From IMG/VR virus record IMGVR_UViG_3300042691_048960: a stretch of DNA of 64,000 bases, one strand, 5' to 3'. This stretch comes from an uncultured virus (IMG/VR IMGVR_UViG_3300042691_048960). Taxonomy: Duplodnaviria > Heunggongvirae > Uroviricota > Caudoviricetes. Shown here piece after piece: positions 1 through 9,315 of the stretch. Positions within the stretch are counted from its first letter, which is position 1, and every line of letters starts with the position of its first letter. Under the pieces are notes generated by a model. That model was not told where the DNA came from, searched no databases, and saw nothing but the letters and a program-made list of their open reading frames with translations. The translations under genes were made by a program, and so were the position numbers.

Positions 1-936
1 CTTGCCGCCTAAATCCAGTGTCGGAATGGGCTTATCGCTTGGCTGCGGGAGAGCTGCGCGCTGCTGCTGGGCGGAGAACGCATCGAAGACTTCATGCTCG
101 TCTTTTGCGTCCACAACGGCTTTGAAATCCGCTTGCCCAACATCCGACAGGCTATCGATTTCAGCGGCGATGCTGACCTGTGTATCGAGATCACTTACCT
201 TCGCCAGACGCTTGATGGCGGGCTTGGCACACATGATGTCTTCCCACTTCACCCACGGCGTATCAGCGAGCTTTGCCTTGGCTTTATCGAGTTCCGTCTT
301 GTTGTTTTTCTTCTCCGCCTGTTCGACGCTCTTCACCAATGACTTGTAGGTTTCGGATGTGCTGCGAACCTGCTCGATGTCTTCGAGTGTGAGCAGCTCA
401 AAATCCTGACCACCATTGAGCTTATTGATATGGCAGAATGAACCGATGACCTTGCCGCGTGATTGCAGGGCTTTACTGTATCGCACCACCATGTTCGTGC
501 CTTCTTCATGGTGGAACGTATCGTTCTCACGAATAGCACGCGCACAGAATGTCACGACCTTGCCGGTGCGGTGAAAGAGCTGGGCGAAGCCGCGATAGCC
601 AATCTGGAAGCTGCACTCAGCTTGCTTCTGTTTCCAGTTGCCCTGATCGTCTTTTGTCCAGCCTTTATAGGGTATCAGATAGGCATGGCCGAGCGGTGTG
701 TTTGGCTCCAATCCTAAAGATTGCGCCGTAATGAACGCACCAAGCACGCTTAAATGGTCGCATTCACCAAGCGCGGGATTATTGCGAACGCACTCAATCG
801 CCAAAAATAGCATGCGCTCGGCGGTTAAATGCTCCTTGGCCAGTGCCTTGAAGCGGTCTTTGACCCATACCTCGTTCAAAAGCGATAACAGCCCCTGTAC
901 GTGTGGTTCGGTTTCGGTTTTCTGATTCATTGTCAT
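1..936 (-). CDS. recT: RecT-family ssDNA-annealing recombinase (3' end runs off the window; absent from ORF track)
   Basis: Manual translation from ATG at 936 (ATGA overlap with the upstream stop): MTMNQKTETEPHVQG...NPALGECDHLSVLGAFITAQSLGLEPNTPLGHAYLIPYKG...FQIGYRG..., open to base 1; these are RecT-type motifs. Confidence 0.9.
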   Translation of the reverse strand, partial: MTMNQKTETEPHVQGLLSLLNEVWVKDRFKALAKEHLTAERMLFLAIECVRNNPALGECDHLSVLGAFITAQSLGLEPNTPLGHAYLIPYKGWTKDDQGNWKQKQAECSFQIGYRGFAQLFHRTGKVVTFCARAIRENDTFHHEEGTNMVVRYSKALQSRGKVIGSFCHINKLNGGQDFELLTLEDIEQVRSTSETYKSLVKSVEQAEKKNNKTELDKAKAKLADTPWVKWEDIMCAKPAIKRLAKVSDLDTQVSIAAEIDSLSDVGQADFKAVVDAKDEHEVFDAFSAQQQRAALPQPSDKPIPTLDLGGK

Positions 937-1745
937 TCTCCTTTCACTTTGTGTTCACGGCAAAATGCTGTGCCCCAAGCAGGGCAGTACCGATCGGAGC
1001 ACAGCATGGATTGCGGGTTGGCGATAAAGGACGTGGGTTCACCGCTTGCGCGGAACGCTGCCGTATCGTCCTTGATGCGTTTCAAAATGGCGCGCGCGGC
1101 TTTTGTCGCAGCGCCCACGTCATATTCAAAAAATTCCACCTGTGGCTCACGCTTGCGCGGCAGGTAGTCCTCGATGATGCGGTCAACGGTACGCTGATGC
1201 ACCGAGCATAGCAGCGCATACGCGCCATACTGCGAGATGTTGGCGCGGCTGGCCGCACCCGTTTTCAGGTCACGGATAGTGATTGCTTCGCGCACATCAA
1301 ACTGACCTGATAGGATGAATCCACCTCCAATATCGGCTTCCAAGCGGATTTCCACTTCGACAGGTTCGATTACTGGCGCAACCTGCACACGGTAAGAGCG
1401 CACCAGCGTTTTCAACTGAAGCTCCGCGCGGTCATAGGTGGGCGTGGTGCCATCATAGACAATGCCTTCGGTGCGGCTGATTTCATTGAAGGTTTCAAAG
1501 GCCAGATCCAGCGCACTGTCTTCACTGCCCAGATTGCCGTCATAGATTTTGCTGTTGAGTGAATAGGCTGCGGAAGCATGGGTGCTGCTGCCAAGTGCCG
1601 CACCAATGCCTTGCGGGGTTTCGCGTAGTTCGTATCCAGCCCTTATCAGCTCATCCCACAGGAATTTCGTCGCCGCACGCCGAGGGCAATCCGCATAAGA
1701 CGGCAAGCCAGACGAACGGATGACGGTTTTCTCAATAGTGAGCAT
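933..1745 (-). CDS. PD-(D/E)XK exonuclease (RecE/Cas4-like partner of RecT)
   Basis: LSGQFD...DLKTG...QYGAY nuclease motifs; N-terminal CPRR and C-terminal C-x4-C-x6-C cysteines; adjacent to recT. Confidence 0.8.
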   Translation of the reverse strand: MLTIEKTVIRSSGLPSYADCPRRAATKFLWDELIRAGYELRETPQGIGAALGSSTHASAAYSLNSKIYDGNLGSEDSALDLAFETFNEISRTEGIVYDGTTPTYDRAELQLKTLVRSYRVQVAPVIEPVEVEIRLEADIGGGFILSGQFDVREAITIRDLKTGAASRANISQYGAYALLCSVHQRTVDRIIEDYLPRKREPQVEFFEYDVGAATKAARAILKRIKDDTAAFRASGEPTSFIANPQSMLCSDRYCPAWGTAFCREHKVKGE

Positions 1746-2256
1746 AACGCGGCGGCCTCCGTTTCCGTTTTGGCTTTTGCTTTTGGAATCTTGCCTGATG
1801 CCAATTCAGAATCTGCTCACGGGTCACACCCTTGCAGACTTCAATCACCTGCTGGCAGCGGTGAATGTCGAATCGGGCGATATGGCAATCGCGCTTGGCA
1901 TCCTTTATTTGCAGGACATACGCCAGCCAGTCATAGACCGCGTGGCGGTAACGCTTCTTAATGACCTGGTGCAGAGCGTCATCATCACGCCCCCAGAGCG
2001 GATCGAGTGCTGCATGCGCGGCAATGCGCCAGCGTTTGGTTTCGGCATTGGCAGGAATGCCAAGCGGCGAACCATCGGGGTGCGCGCCGTGTGTGGCGCG
2101 GCACATAGGATAATGCGTGCAGCCGTAAAATGGCTTCGGGAACTTCGGGCTTTTGCGCAGGATCATATTCCCGCCGCATTCAGGGCAGACCAGCACCGTG
2201 GATGCTGGATACTGGGATTGCAGCGTGGGCTTGAGCGACAGCGTGCTGACTACCAT
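1732..2256 (-). CDS. Zinc-finger protein (topoisomerase C4-type finger plus DUF3268-like region)
   Basis: CPECG...FYGCTHYPMC followed by HPDGSPLG.PAN...R..AH..LD.LW and CHIA.F motifs. Confidence 0.65.
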   Translation of the reverse strand: MVVSTLSLKPTLQSQYPASTVLVCPECGGNMILRKSPKFPKPFYGCTHYPMCRATHGAHPDGSPLGIPANAETKRWRIAAHAALDPLWGRDDDALHQVIKKRYRHAVYDWLAYVLQIKDAKRDCHIARFDIHRCQQVIEVCKGVTREQILNWHQARFQKQKPKRKRRPPRYAHY

Positions 2257-2600
2257 GCGCGCCTCCCTACATCACAGAGCTGATGCGCCGATAAAGTGGC
2301 AGCTTCACGATATGCCTTTGCATCCGCTTCTTTTTCTCGGATCCACGCATCGAGATCGTCCATCAAGTCATCATGAAACGTGATGCCAGCATTTTTGCCT
2401 TTGGCATCCAGCGTGTGCTGATACGTGCCGTAATAGTTAAAGCCGTGCCGCCGCCAACTGTCGGCGTAATCCTCCAGCTCCTGCATGGCATCGTCGTAGG
2501 AAGCCAGTGCTTCGCTCTCAATGCGAACCTCGCGCGCGGGCTTACCTGTTATCGGGTGGGGAGTTGTTTTTTCCCAAGCGTTAAACCATAGCTCTGGCAT
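2250..2600 (-). CDS. Hypothetical phage protein
   Basis: ORF in the leftward early operon; start moved to the ATG at 2600, preceded by GGAGG. Confidence 0.55.
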   Translation of the reverse strand: MPELWFNAWEKTTPHPITGKPAREVRIESEALASYDDAMQELEDYADSWRRHGFNYYGTYQHTLDAKGKNAGITFHDDLMDDLDAWIREKEADAKAYREAATLSAHQLCDVGRRAW

Positions 2601-2775
2601 GGAGTCCTCCATTGCCATCATCGGAATCGCCGCGAGCAAAATAGGATAGCTCGTGGACGAATTCGCCCTCTGCGATGAGCTTATGTCCTTGCCGTTCAAT
2701 CCTTATTTCAGGGTCGGCTTCGGGCAGTGGCTCGTCTGGCAATGGTAGGAGGGGTGCTTTGGTATGCACGCTCAT
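2581..2775 (-). CDS. Small hypothetical protein, first gene of leftward early operon
   Basis: 64-aa ORF just downstream of a CTACCACAACC leader motif, overlapping the next gene. Confidence 0.45.
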   Translation of the reverse strand: MSVHTKAPLLPLPDEPLPEADPEIRIERQGHKLIAEGEFVHELSYFARGDSDDGNGGLHARAMV

Positions 2776-2941
2776 GATGGTGTCCGTTTTGGTTTTTGGT
2801 GGTTGTGGTAGTTTTGTTAGCGCAAGATGTTACTCTTTTGCATATAGGCATACTTGCAAAATAAAGGAATACCGTCAACAGGAAATCGCTCACGCGCCGC
2901 ATAAAGCGCCGTGATGCAGAGTGAAGCAGCTTCTGGAAGGG

Positions 2942-3868
2942 TTACTGGCGGATCAATTCAATTTTTGCCGCGCGCTTGATTTTTGATTCCTCGATTGCAC
3001 CGTCAATCAGTGAGTGCAGCCGGTAGAATCCATCGCGGTTGCTACGCTCAATGAGCTTAATGCAGGTCGTTCCATCCTCCAGCTCCACAAAGCAGGTCTG
3101 GTCGAGGCAGTTTTCCGTCATGCCTTTGGCGGGCTCGTGGTAGAACAGTACCATTCCATCCTTCACGAATGCGCTGATCGTTGGGCCGCGTAGCTCAATG
3201 GCTCTGCCGCGCTTGGCATCCATGCCATCAGGCAACGGAATCCCTCGCTGTTCCCGTTCATTCAGCAACCAGATCTGATCGCTCGACTTAAGGGATACGT
3301 AACCCACCAACGGAATCTCTGTCCCAGCCTCAGACTTCGCTTCCAAATGACTACGCAATCTGGGCGGAAAGTTAACCTTATGCTTTTCCTTGATGGCTTC
3401 CAGCTTCTTGAGCGGCAAGCCCTTCGGCAGCTTATCGTTAAACAGTCGGCTCAAATCCCCGTCAGAAATTCCCGCGCTTTTGGCAACATCGGTGCGGTAG
3501 ATGCCCTGAGCCATTGAAACATCGGTGATGTATTGCTTGCACAGCTTGGCATATTCAGAGATGTCGGCCTTATCGTCTTCCATCCGGTAAAGCATATCGG
3601 GAGCAAAGCTCGGCTCCAACCCATAGGCCTTATAGAGCATGAACACCATGCGGTCGGACAATACGCGGCTTTCTGCTTTGCTGGCATCCTTGTAGTTATA
3701 GAAGAAATGGCGCAGCGTGTCCTTCCCAACAGGGCGCTGCTTTGTCTTTTCTGCGTAAAGATTGCACGACTCCGTCATCTGGGTGAAGTTGTCACCTGAC
3801 CGCCGCTGAATTTCCTCCAGCCAGTTTTTTTGCGCGTCCCTTAGTTGCTTTGCAGTCTTCATGCTCAT
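2942..3868 (-). CDS. CI-like repressor (HTH plus S24-like C-terminal domain)
   Basis: HTH-like DVAKSAGISDGDLSRLF; C-terminal IPLVGYV...AIELRG...CFVELEDG..CIK resembles S24/LexA-like domains; divergent from a Cro-like gene. Confidence 0.75.
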   Translation of the reverse strand: MSMKTAKQLRDAQKNWLEEIQRRSGDNFTQMTESCNLYAEKTKQRPVGKDTLRHFFYNYKDASKAESRVLSDRMVFMLYKAYGLEPSFAPDMLYRMEDDKADISEYAKLCKQYITDVSMAQGIYRTDVAKSAGISDGDLSRLFNDKLPKGLPLKKLEAIKEKHKVNFPPRLRSHLEAKSEAGTEIPLVGYVSLKSSDQIWLLNEREQRGIPLPDGMDAKRGRAIELRGPTISAFVKDGMVLFYHEPAKGMTENCLDQTCFVELEDGTTCIKLIERSNRDGFYRLHSLIDGAIEESKIKRAAKIELIRQ

Positions 3869-4022
3869 GTTACTTCCTTGTATGAAGCGCGGGGTGTTTG
3901 CATGTTCGCAAACTTTTTTTACCCTTTGGCTTCCTTTATATCCCTACAGATTACTATACCTGTTATTCCTTTGCAAGTTTCCTCTTGACCACTTGTTACT
4001 TTGTTTGCATCCTTGCGGATAA

Positions 4023-4481
4023 ATGCAACGAAGTAACAGGGCGGCAATTATGAACGATCTACGCATTCCTAAGAATATCAGTGCCTTGGAGCGCAGGGTG
4101 TACGAAATCATCCGCCTGCGCGCCAAGTTCGTCGGTGTCAGCATCAATGAGCTGTGTGCGCGCACAGGCGTTGCTCCTTCCACCTTCTCGCGGTGGGTGA
4201 ACGGCCATAATAGCGGTCTCATCGCCACCATCGGGCGCATGGATGAAATCCTGACCGAAATGGAAGCACAAAAATTTCAATCGCTCCAGCAGCGCCTGTC
4301 AGCGATTGGCAAAAACCTTGCCGATGTTTGCCTGGAACTAGACATCTCCGCGCTGGATTACGTGCGCTGGGTAAAACGTGAACTCGATCCTGACTACGAA
4401 AAGCTGGCGCTATTTGAATCCTTTCTTGAGCGCATCGAAGCCGAGCACAAAAAAGCCTCCCGCCGCAGGAGGAAACCATGA
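4023..4481 (+). CDS. Cro-like HTH regulator
   Basis: SINELCARTGVAPSTFSRW helix-turn-helix; divergent from the repressor. Confidence 0.7.
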   Translation: MQRSNRAAIMNDLRIPKNISALERRVYEIIRLRAKFVGVSINELCARTGVAPSTFSRWVNGHNSGLIATIGRMDEILTEMEAQKFQSLQQRLSAIGKNLADVCLELDISALDYVRWVKRELDPDYEKLALFESFLERIEAEHKKASRRRRKP

Positions 4482-4798
4482 GAAACAAGGAAGAACTACA
4501 GGCGCTCATTAACGAAGGGGTGAAGCAATGCCTCAAGCGCGAGGGTTTTGGCGAATCCTATCTGACACCTGAGCAACTTTGCGAACGCTGGCAGATCACC
4601 ATGAAAGCCCTCGAGAAATGGCGGCTTGAAGGCAAGCCCCCCGTGTTCATGAAAGTACAGGCCAGCAAAAAAGCCATTATCCGCTATCCGCTGCACGGCA
4701 CTGACGGCGTGCTCGACGTGGAACGGAAGTGGTTGCGCTGCTCCACCACCGACCAAGGCAATGTCCACCCCTTTAGTGGCGGTTCAACCCAACGATGA
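4478..4798 (+). CDS. Excisionase/AlpA-like HTH DNA-binding protein
   Basis: YLTPEQLCERWQIT.KALEKWR..G.PP.F.K motif. Confidence 0.7.
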   Translation: MRNKEELQALINEGVKQCLKREGFGESYLTPEQLCERWQITMKALEKWRLEGKPPVFMKVQASKKAIIRYPLHGTDGVLDVERKWLRCSTTDQGNVHPFSGGSTQR

Positions 4799-4807
4799 GG
4801 AAACGCC

Positions 4808-5200
4808 ATGCACGATTTAGCACGACTTGAACTATCGCCTTCCAAAAATCCATTGCTATATCTGGAGTTTGAAGGGCAAAAACTGCGCGTGGTTATCGAC
4901 CGCTTTGGCAAGCCCTGGGCAGTGATTGGCGATTTATGCGCGATTCTCGAATTGACGGAACCATCCGCGATACTCAGGCGCATCACGTTGCGTCCGTATC
5001 TGTCACAGGCGGTGCTGGAATCGCTTTCAGGTATGTATCACCTGCCACTCATCAATCGCGCTGGTATCGAGATTGTCCTTGAGATGTTCGGGTTTAGCAA
5101 CCGCCAGAGATTTAAGGATTGGCTCGACCATTCATTCAACCACATATCAACGCTTGGACGCATAGAACCGCCGACGCTTGATCTTGACCTGGAGGGATAA
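4808..5200 (+). CDS. BRO-N (antirepressor-like) domain protein
   Basis: FEGQKLRVV...GKPWAV..DLC.IL...FKDWL pattern of BRO-N domains. Confidence 0.7.
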   Translation: MHDLARLELSPSKNPLLYLEFEGQKLRVVIDRFGKPWAVIGDLCAILELTEPSAILRRITLRPYLSQAVLESLSGMYHLPLINRAGIEIVLEMFGFSNRQRFKDWLDHSFNHISTLGRIEPPTLDLDLEG

Positions 5201-5201
5201 C

Positions 5202-6239
5202 ATGCCCTCACAGCCAGAAAGCAAACGACCTTGGTTCAAATTCTTTCCAACGGATTGGCAAGCCGACTCGTCGCTGCGGATATGCAGCCTTGCCGCGCGC
5301 GGTCTGTGGATTGAGTTGCTGGCACTCATGCACCAGTCGGAACCCTATGGGCATTTGCTCATTCGTGGCAATCCTCCCAATGATGACCAGCTGGCACGCC
5401 TGACCGCATCCACCCCTGCAAGCATTCGCACCTGCATGAATGAACTCGAAGAAGCCGGTGTCTTCAGTCGCAATCAGGACGGGGTGATTTTCTCTCGGCG
5501 CATGGTGCGCGATTATCTGGTGAGCGAGGAAGGCCGCAAATATGGCTCAATGGGTGGCAACCCCAACCTCGGAAAATCATCGAAGGTAAAGGATAACCGT
5601 AAGGTTAACCCACCCCATAACCCTACGGTTAAGAGGGGGGTTAACCCCCCCGTTATCCCTAAGGATGGACAAGGGGTTAAGCCAGAGGATAACCCGACAT
5701 TACCAAGCGAGGATATCCCCCCAGATAAGGGCATGGTTAACCCTCACGCGCATGCGTCAGATGCCAGAGGCCAGAGTCCAGAAGCCATAAGCCATATTCC
5801 AGAATCAGAGGAAGATGAAATCATCTCTCCTGAAGCTGCGCGCGCAATGCCAATCGTTGAAATCATCAAGCTCTTCGATGACTGTATTGCCGAGGTGTAC
5901 GGCGAGAATATGCGAAGACCGTGGCCGCATGGCGATGACTCCGCCCATGCACGCGATTTCCTGAAAGCTGGAGCCGATATCGAATTGTGCCGGCAGGTGT
6001 TTCTCAAGCATCTGCATGTGTTCAAACGCAAGGACAAACACCCGATCAGCAGCCTTGCGTACTTCCGAACAGCCATCCCGGATGCTGTCAAAGATCGGGC
6101 GTACTACCACAACCACCAAACACAGGAGATAACCCATGATCCAGCAAGTCACCACCATCCACCGCGAGAGCCAAGACCTCGAAGCGGCCATGACGCGTTT
6201 ACTGAAGCACTGGTTGAAGTCGTATCTGAACGCAAATGA
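5202..6239 (+). CDS. Phage replication initiator (lambda O analogue)
   Basis: PWFKFFPTDWQAD..LR.CSLAARGLWI.LL..MH N-terminus; central low-complexity region carrying DNA repeats; start at the ATG after GGAGG. Confidence 0.75.
   Translation: MPSQPESKRPWFKFFPTDWQADSSLRICSLAARGLWIELLALMHQSEPYGHLLIRGNPPNDDQLARLTASTPASIRTCMNELEEAGVFSRNQDGVIFSRRMVRDYLVSEEGRKYGSMGGNPNLGKSSKVKDNRKVNPPHNPTVKRGVNPPVIPKDGQGVKPEDNPTLPSEDIPPDKGMVNPHAHASDARGQSPEAISHIPESEEDEIISPEAARAMPIVEIIKLFDDCIAEVYGENMRRPWPHGDDSAHARDFLKAGADIELCRQVFLKHLHVFKRKDKHPISSLAYFRTAIPDAVKDRAYYHNHQTQEITHDPASHHHPPREPRPRSGHDAFTEALVEVVSERK
5591..5743. repeat. Iteron-like repeats, candidate phage replication origin
   Basis: About 8 copies of GG(T/A)TA(A/T)(C/G)C-like words, including the perfect palindrome GGGGGGTTAACCCCCC at 5635-5650, inside the initiator gene. 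Confidence 0.65.
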
Positions 6240-6963
6240 CATCGACTGGTCATGCCGCTATCCGCTGACGGCCACGGGTGCGATTGATCGGCGCAAGGCA
6301 GAATCCCAAGGGCTGAACACAACCACTTCCATCCGTCCTATTCCAACCATCCGCCTTGGCAGCGACGAATACCGCGAACTGGTAGCCGCAACTGAGCTGG
6401 CGCGGCGCATGGTGGAACCTGCTTCCGACGAGCATATCGGGTTTGAGCTGAAGCGGCTCTCTGTCTGGTGCCCCATGCCGAGCCGTGATGTGCGGGATTA
6501 CAAGCTCATGCTGCATGATGCGCTCACTGATCTGGGGGGATTCCCGCATGACTTGATTCAGAAAGCCTGTGCGCGCTATCGCAATGATCCTGATCCGCGC
6601 TGCGACTTTTTCCCGCGACCTGGAAGGCTCAAAGCCTCCATCGAGGGTGAGCTGCGCGAACGCAAGCAACGGTTTTACCGGCTGGAGCGGTTACTTGCCA
6701 TTGCCAATGAGCCTCCGAAATTACCCGCGCCGATACCGCTTACCGAGATCGAAGCCGAAGCCAAGCACCAGATTGACGTGGATAAAATGCTGGCGCAACT
6801 GACTCACAAGCCAGTTCCAGAATTCTCGCCTGAAGCATTGGTCATCGAGATAAAGGCGCGCACGCTTGCCAAAATTGAAGCCTATGAGCGTGACAAACAC
6901 CTCACACCAGAAATTGCCACATCCTACCGCAACCAGATGGAGGCCTCGCATGGGCAAGGCTAA
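6136..6963 (+). CDS. Putative replication accessory protein (helicase-loader position)
   Basis: Follows the initiator; L..FP.DLI..AC..YR...FFP.PG.L motif of P-like proteins. Confidence 0.5.
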   Translation: MIQQVTTIHRESQDLEAAMTRLLKHWLKSYLNANDIDWSCRYPLTATGAIDRRKAESQGLNTTTSIRPIPTIRLGSDEYRELVAATELARRMVEPASDEHIGFELKRLSVWCPMPSRDVRDYKLMLHDALTDLGGFPHDLIQKACARYRNDPDPRCDFFPRPGRLKASIEGELRERKQRFYRLERLLAIANEPPKLPAPIPLTEIEAEAKHQIDVDKMLAQLTHKPVPEFSPEALVIEIKARTLAKIEAYERDKHLTPEIATSYRNQMEASHGQG

Positions 6964-7603
6964 ATCCAAAAAGAAGAAAATCGACTTCACCATCCGCCAC
7001 GGCAAAATCAACCGCAAGCTCAAGGGCGACGGCTTCTGCTCGGATCTGGGAACCCCCGAGCTGGAAAACCACCACGCTATGAAAATTGATTATGTGGATG
7101 CCGAGGGCAACTATACCGATCCGCAAAAAGGCAGAAAGCGCGCGCGCAATATCACCCAGACCACGCTCGATTATTGCAAAGCCTATGCGCTCATCTCCGA
7201 AGAACAGCATGCGGCGGGTGAGCGGCTTTACTGGGATTGCTACTATGGCGGGCTGGTGCCGCGCGCGGTGGCCTTACTCCCCACAGGGATGCCCCGCAGC
7301 AAGACCAATAAGTTCCCAGATTTCGCCGAGGGGCGCGTGGATTCCCAGCGGCGGTATGCACGGGTGCGTGACGAACTGAACCGCCGATATATTGATCGGC
7401 AGATGGGCATCACCTACTGGAAGGTTGCCTATCAGGTGTGCATAGAGGGCATCGCGGTGGACGCGCTGGAAAAATGGACGCAGTGGCCAAGGCGCTCAGG
7501 CAAGAAGCTCATCAGCCTCGTACTGGACGATCTATCCAGCATCTACGAAGCCATGTACAAAGAGCAGCAACGTAAGCGTAACAGGTCTCAGCGCCAACGC
7601 TGA
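6950..7603 (+). CDS. DUF6456-like putative late-gene regulator/antiterminator
   Basis: LI.EEQHAAGERL..D and VC.EG..V..LE...WPRRSGK....L.LD.L motifs; last gene of the early right operon. Confidence 0.6.
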   Translation: MGKAKSKKKKIDFTIRHGKINRKLKGDGFCSDLGTPELENHHAMKIDYVDAEGNYTDPQKGRKRARNITQTTLDYCKAYALISEEQHAAGERLYWDCYYGGLVPRAVALLPTGMPRSKTNKFPDFAEGRVDSQRRYARVRDELNRRYIDRQMGITYWKVAYQVCIEGIAVDALEKWTQWPRRSGKKLISLVLDDLSSIYEAMYKEQQRKRNRSQRQR

Positions 7604-7611
7604 AGACAGAT

Positions 7612-8772
7612 TTATGATGATGCAATGAGGTTTTTCAGCTTTGCTTCTAAATCCACAATGCCAACTGCTTCAATATGTTCATCCACCACATAACTTTTGC
7701 TGCCTGGATACGCAATAAACAGCTTGGTGAGTTCAAGCGTTTTAATTGCCTCGCGCATGGACTTGGTGGTTTTTGGCGCATCGGCGTATTTAATTTCAAA
7801 GCCGTAGCGTTTGCCCTGATGCAATACCAGCAGGTCAAGCTCCGCTCCCGCTTGGGTTGCCCAGAACATACAATTACGATCACCGAACATCTCTATGATT
7901 CGCTCGGTGATGAACCCTTCCCAGCTTGCACCAAGTTTTGGGTGTGATTCAATCGTGGCGGCATTTCCCAAACCAAGTAGCGTGTGCAGAATACCCGTAT
8001 CGCGCACATATACTTTCGGCGATTTGACTTGCCGTTTGCCAACATTCTCATGCCAAGGCTGAAGCTGGCGGAGCACCAATGCACCTTCCAGAATATCCAG
8101 ATGACGGCGGATCGTGGTGTGGTTTTCTCCCAGCGACCGCCCAATATCAGAGAGCTTTGCCACTTGCCCATGATAATGCGCGATCATCATCCATAGCCGA
8201 CGTAGCGATTCTGGTGCCACCATGACTCCAAGGCGGCGCAGGTCACGCTCCAAAAATGTCGCGATAAAATCCTCACGCCATTTGAAGCTATCTGCATCTG
8301 ATTCTGCCAGATATGACCTTGGAAAACCGCCGCGATGCCAAAGCTCTCGCCAATGCGGAGCACCCACTTCATGCAGGTTGAACCCAGACATATTCACGAA
8401 GTGAATCCTGCCAGCCAGTGATTCTGAAATGTTGCTCGCTAAATCAGGAGAGGCACTGCCCAGAAGTAAGAACCGTGCAGGAAGTGGTGTGCGGTCAGCC
8501 AGCACGCGCAGCACGGGAAATAAGGCTGGCTCCAACTGCGCTTCGTCGATAACCACTAATCCTCGCAAATGTTCGAGCGCGGTGAGCGGATTTTTTAGCC
8601 GCTCGGCATCAACAGGGTGTTCAAGATCAAAGAAGGTTGCGTCCTGAGATTTTCCAATGGCGCGTGCGAGTGTTGTCTTGCCACACTGACGAGGGCCAAT
8701 AAGCGACACCACGGGATTGCGCGAAAGCGCATGTTCAATCTGCTGAGTGAGTGTGTGGCGGGGCAATGTCAT
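7612..8772 (-). CDS. AAA+ ATPase, AAA_14/DUF4143 family
   Basis: Walker A GPRQCGKT, Walker B VVIDEAQ, LLGSAS, KSPKVYVRDTG, C-terminal ELDLL...FEIK nuclease-like motif. Confidence 0.9.
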   Translation of the reverse strand: MTLPRHTLTQQIEHALSRNPVVSLIGPRQCGKTTLARAIGKSQDATFFDLEHPVDAERLKNPLTALEHLRGLVVIDEAQLEPALFPVLRVLADRTPLPARFLLLGSASPDLASNISESLAGRIHFVNMSGFNLHEVGAPHWRELWHRGGFPRSYLAESDADSFKWREDFIATFLERDLRRLGVMVAPESLRRLWMMIAHYHGQVAKLSDIGRSLGENHTTIRRHLDILEGALVLRQLQPWHENVGKRQVKSPKVYVRDTGILHTLLGLGNAATIESHPKLGASWEGFITERIIEMFGDRNCMFWATQAGAELDLLVLHQGKRYGFEIKYADAPKTTKSMREAIKTLELTKLFIAYPGSKSYVVDEHIEAVGIVDLEAKLKNLIASS

Positions 8773-8913
8773 TCTAGTATTCTGATGATTAAATGTTCAA
8801 AATGCAAGGATAATATGCTTTGAAACCCAGATAGTTATGCCCGTTGATGACGTGAATTGCAGGATTGTCACCGTTTGCAAACTTGCTAACATATTGAACT
8901 ACAATAAAAACAC

Positions 8914-8942
8914 TTGCATAGCGTCACGCCGTTAGCTATGAT
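8914..8942 (+). promoter_or_regulatory. Sigma70-type promoter, candidate late promoter
   Basis: TTGCAT-N17-TATGAT. Confidence 0.55.
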
Positions 8943-8971
8943 CTTAGCATAATCGGAAAATTACGTACCCC

Positions 8972-9002
8972 ACCCAGCTGGCATCCCCACGCTGGGTTTT
9001 TT
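8972..9002 (+). terminator. Intrinsic terminator-like hairpin
   Basis: ACCCAGC-loop-GCTGGGT followed by a T run. Confidence 0.55.
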
Positions 9003-9031
9003 ATTGGCCGGTTATCCTCCCTGTGCAGCTC

Positions 9032-9069
9032 GGGCGGGAAGCGTGATTGCTTTCCGCCCACCTTTTTTT
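9032..9069 (+). terminator. Second terminator-like hairpin
   Basis: GGGCGGGAAGC...GCTTTCCGCCC followed by ACC and T7. Confidence 0.5.
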
Positions 9070-9269
9070 GCCTTATTTCCGAATTTCGGTACCTGTTGGT
9101 ACATCACTGGGACATGATTTTACCCTTAAATGACCCTGTTTTTGGTCAAAACCACCCTCAAAAGTGGGATTGGTAGGAATTTTCCAATTCTGACACAATC
9201 ACGGCAAGGCATTGTAATTGCTTGCGCTTGCAGGATTTTATGCAGCCGCTTTGGAATAACCGAATCACT

Positions 9270-9306
9270 AAAAAAAGCCGGACAGCCTCATTCGACCATC
9301 CGGCTT
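9270..9306 (-). terminator. Intrinsic terminator ending the leftward cassette
   Basis: On the minus strand AAGCCGGA-loop-TCCGGCTT plus T run, just after the parB-like stop. Confidence 0.55.
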
Positions 9307-9315
9307 CGGTCTCAC

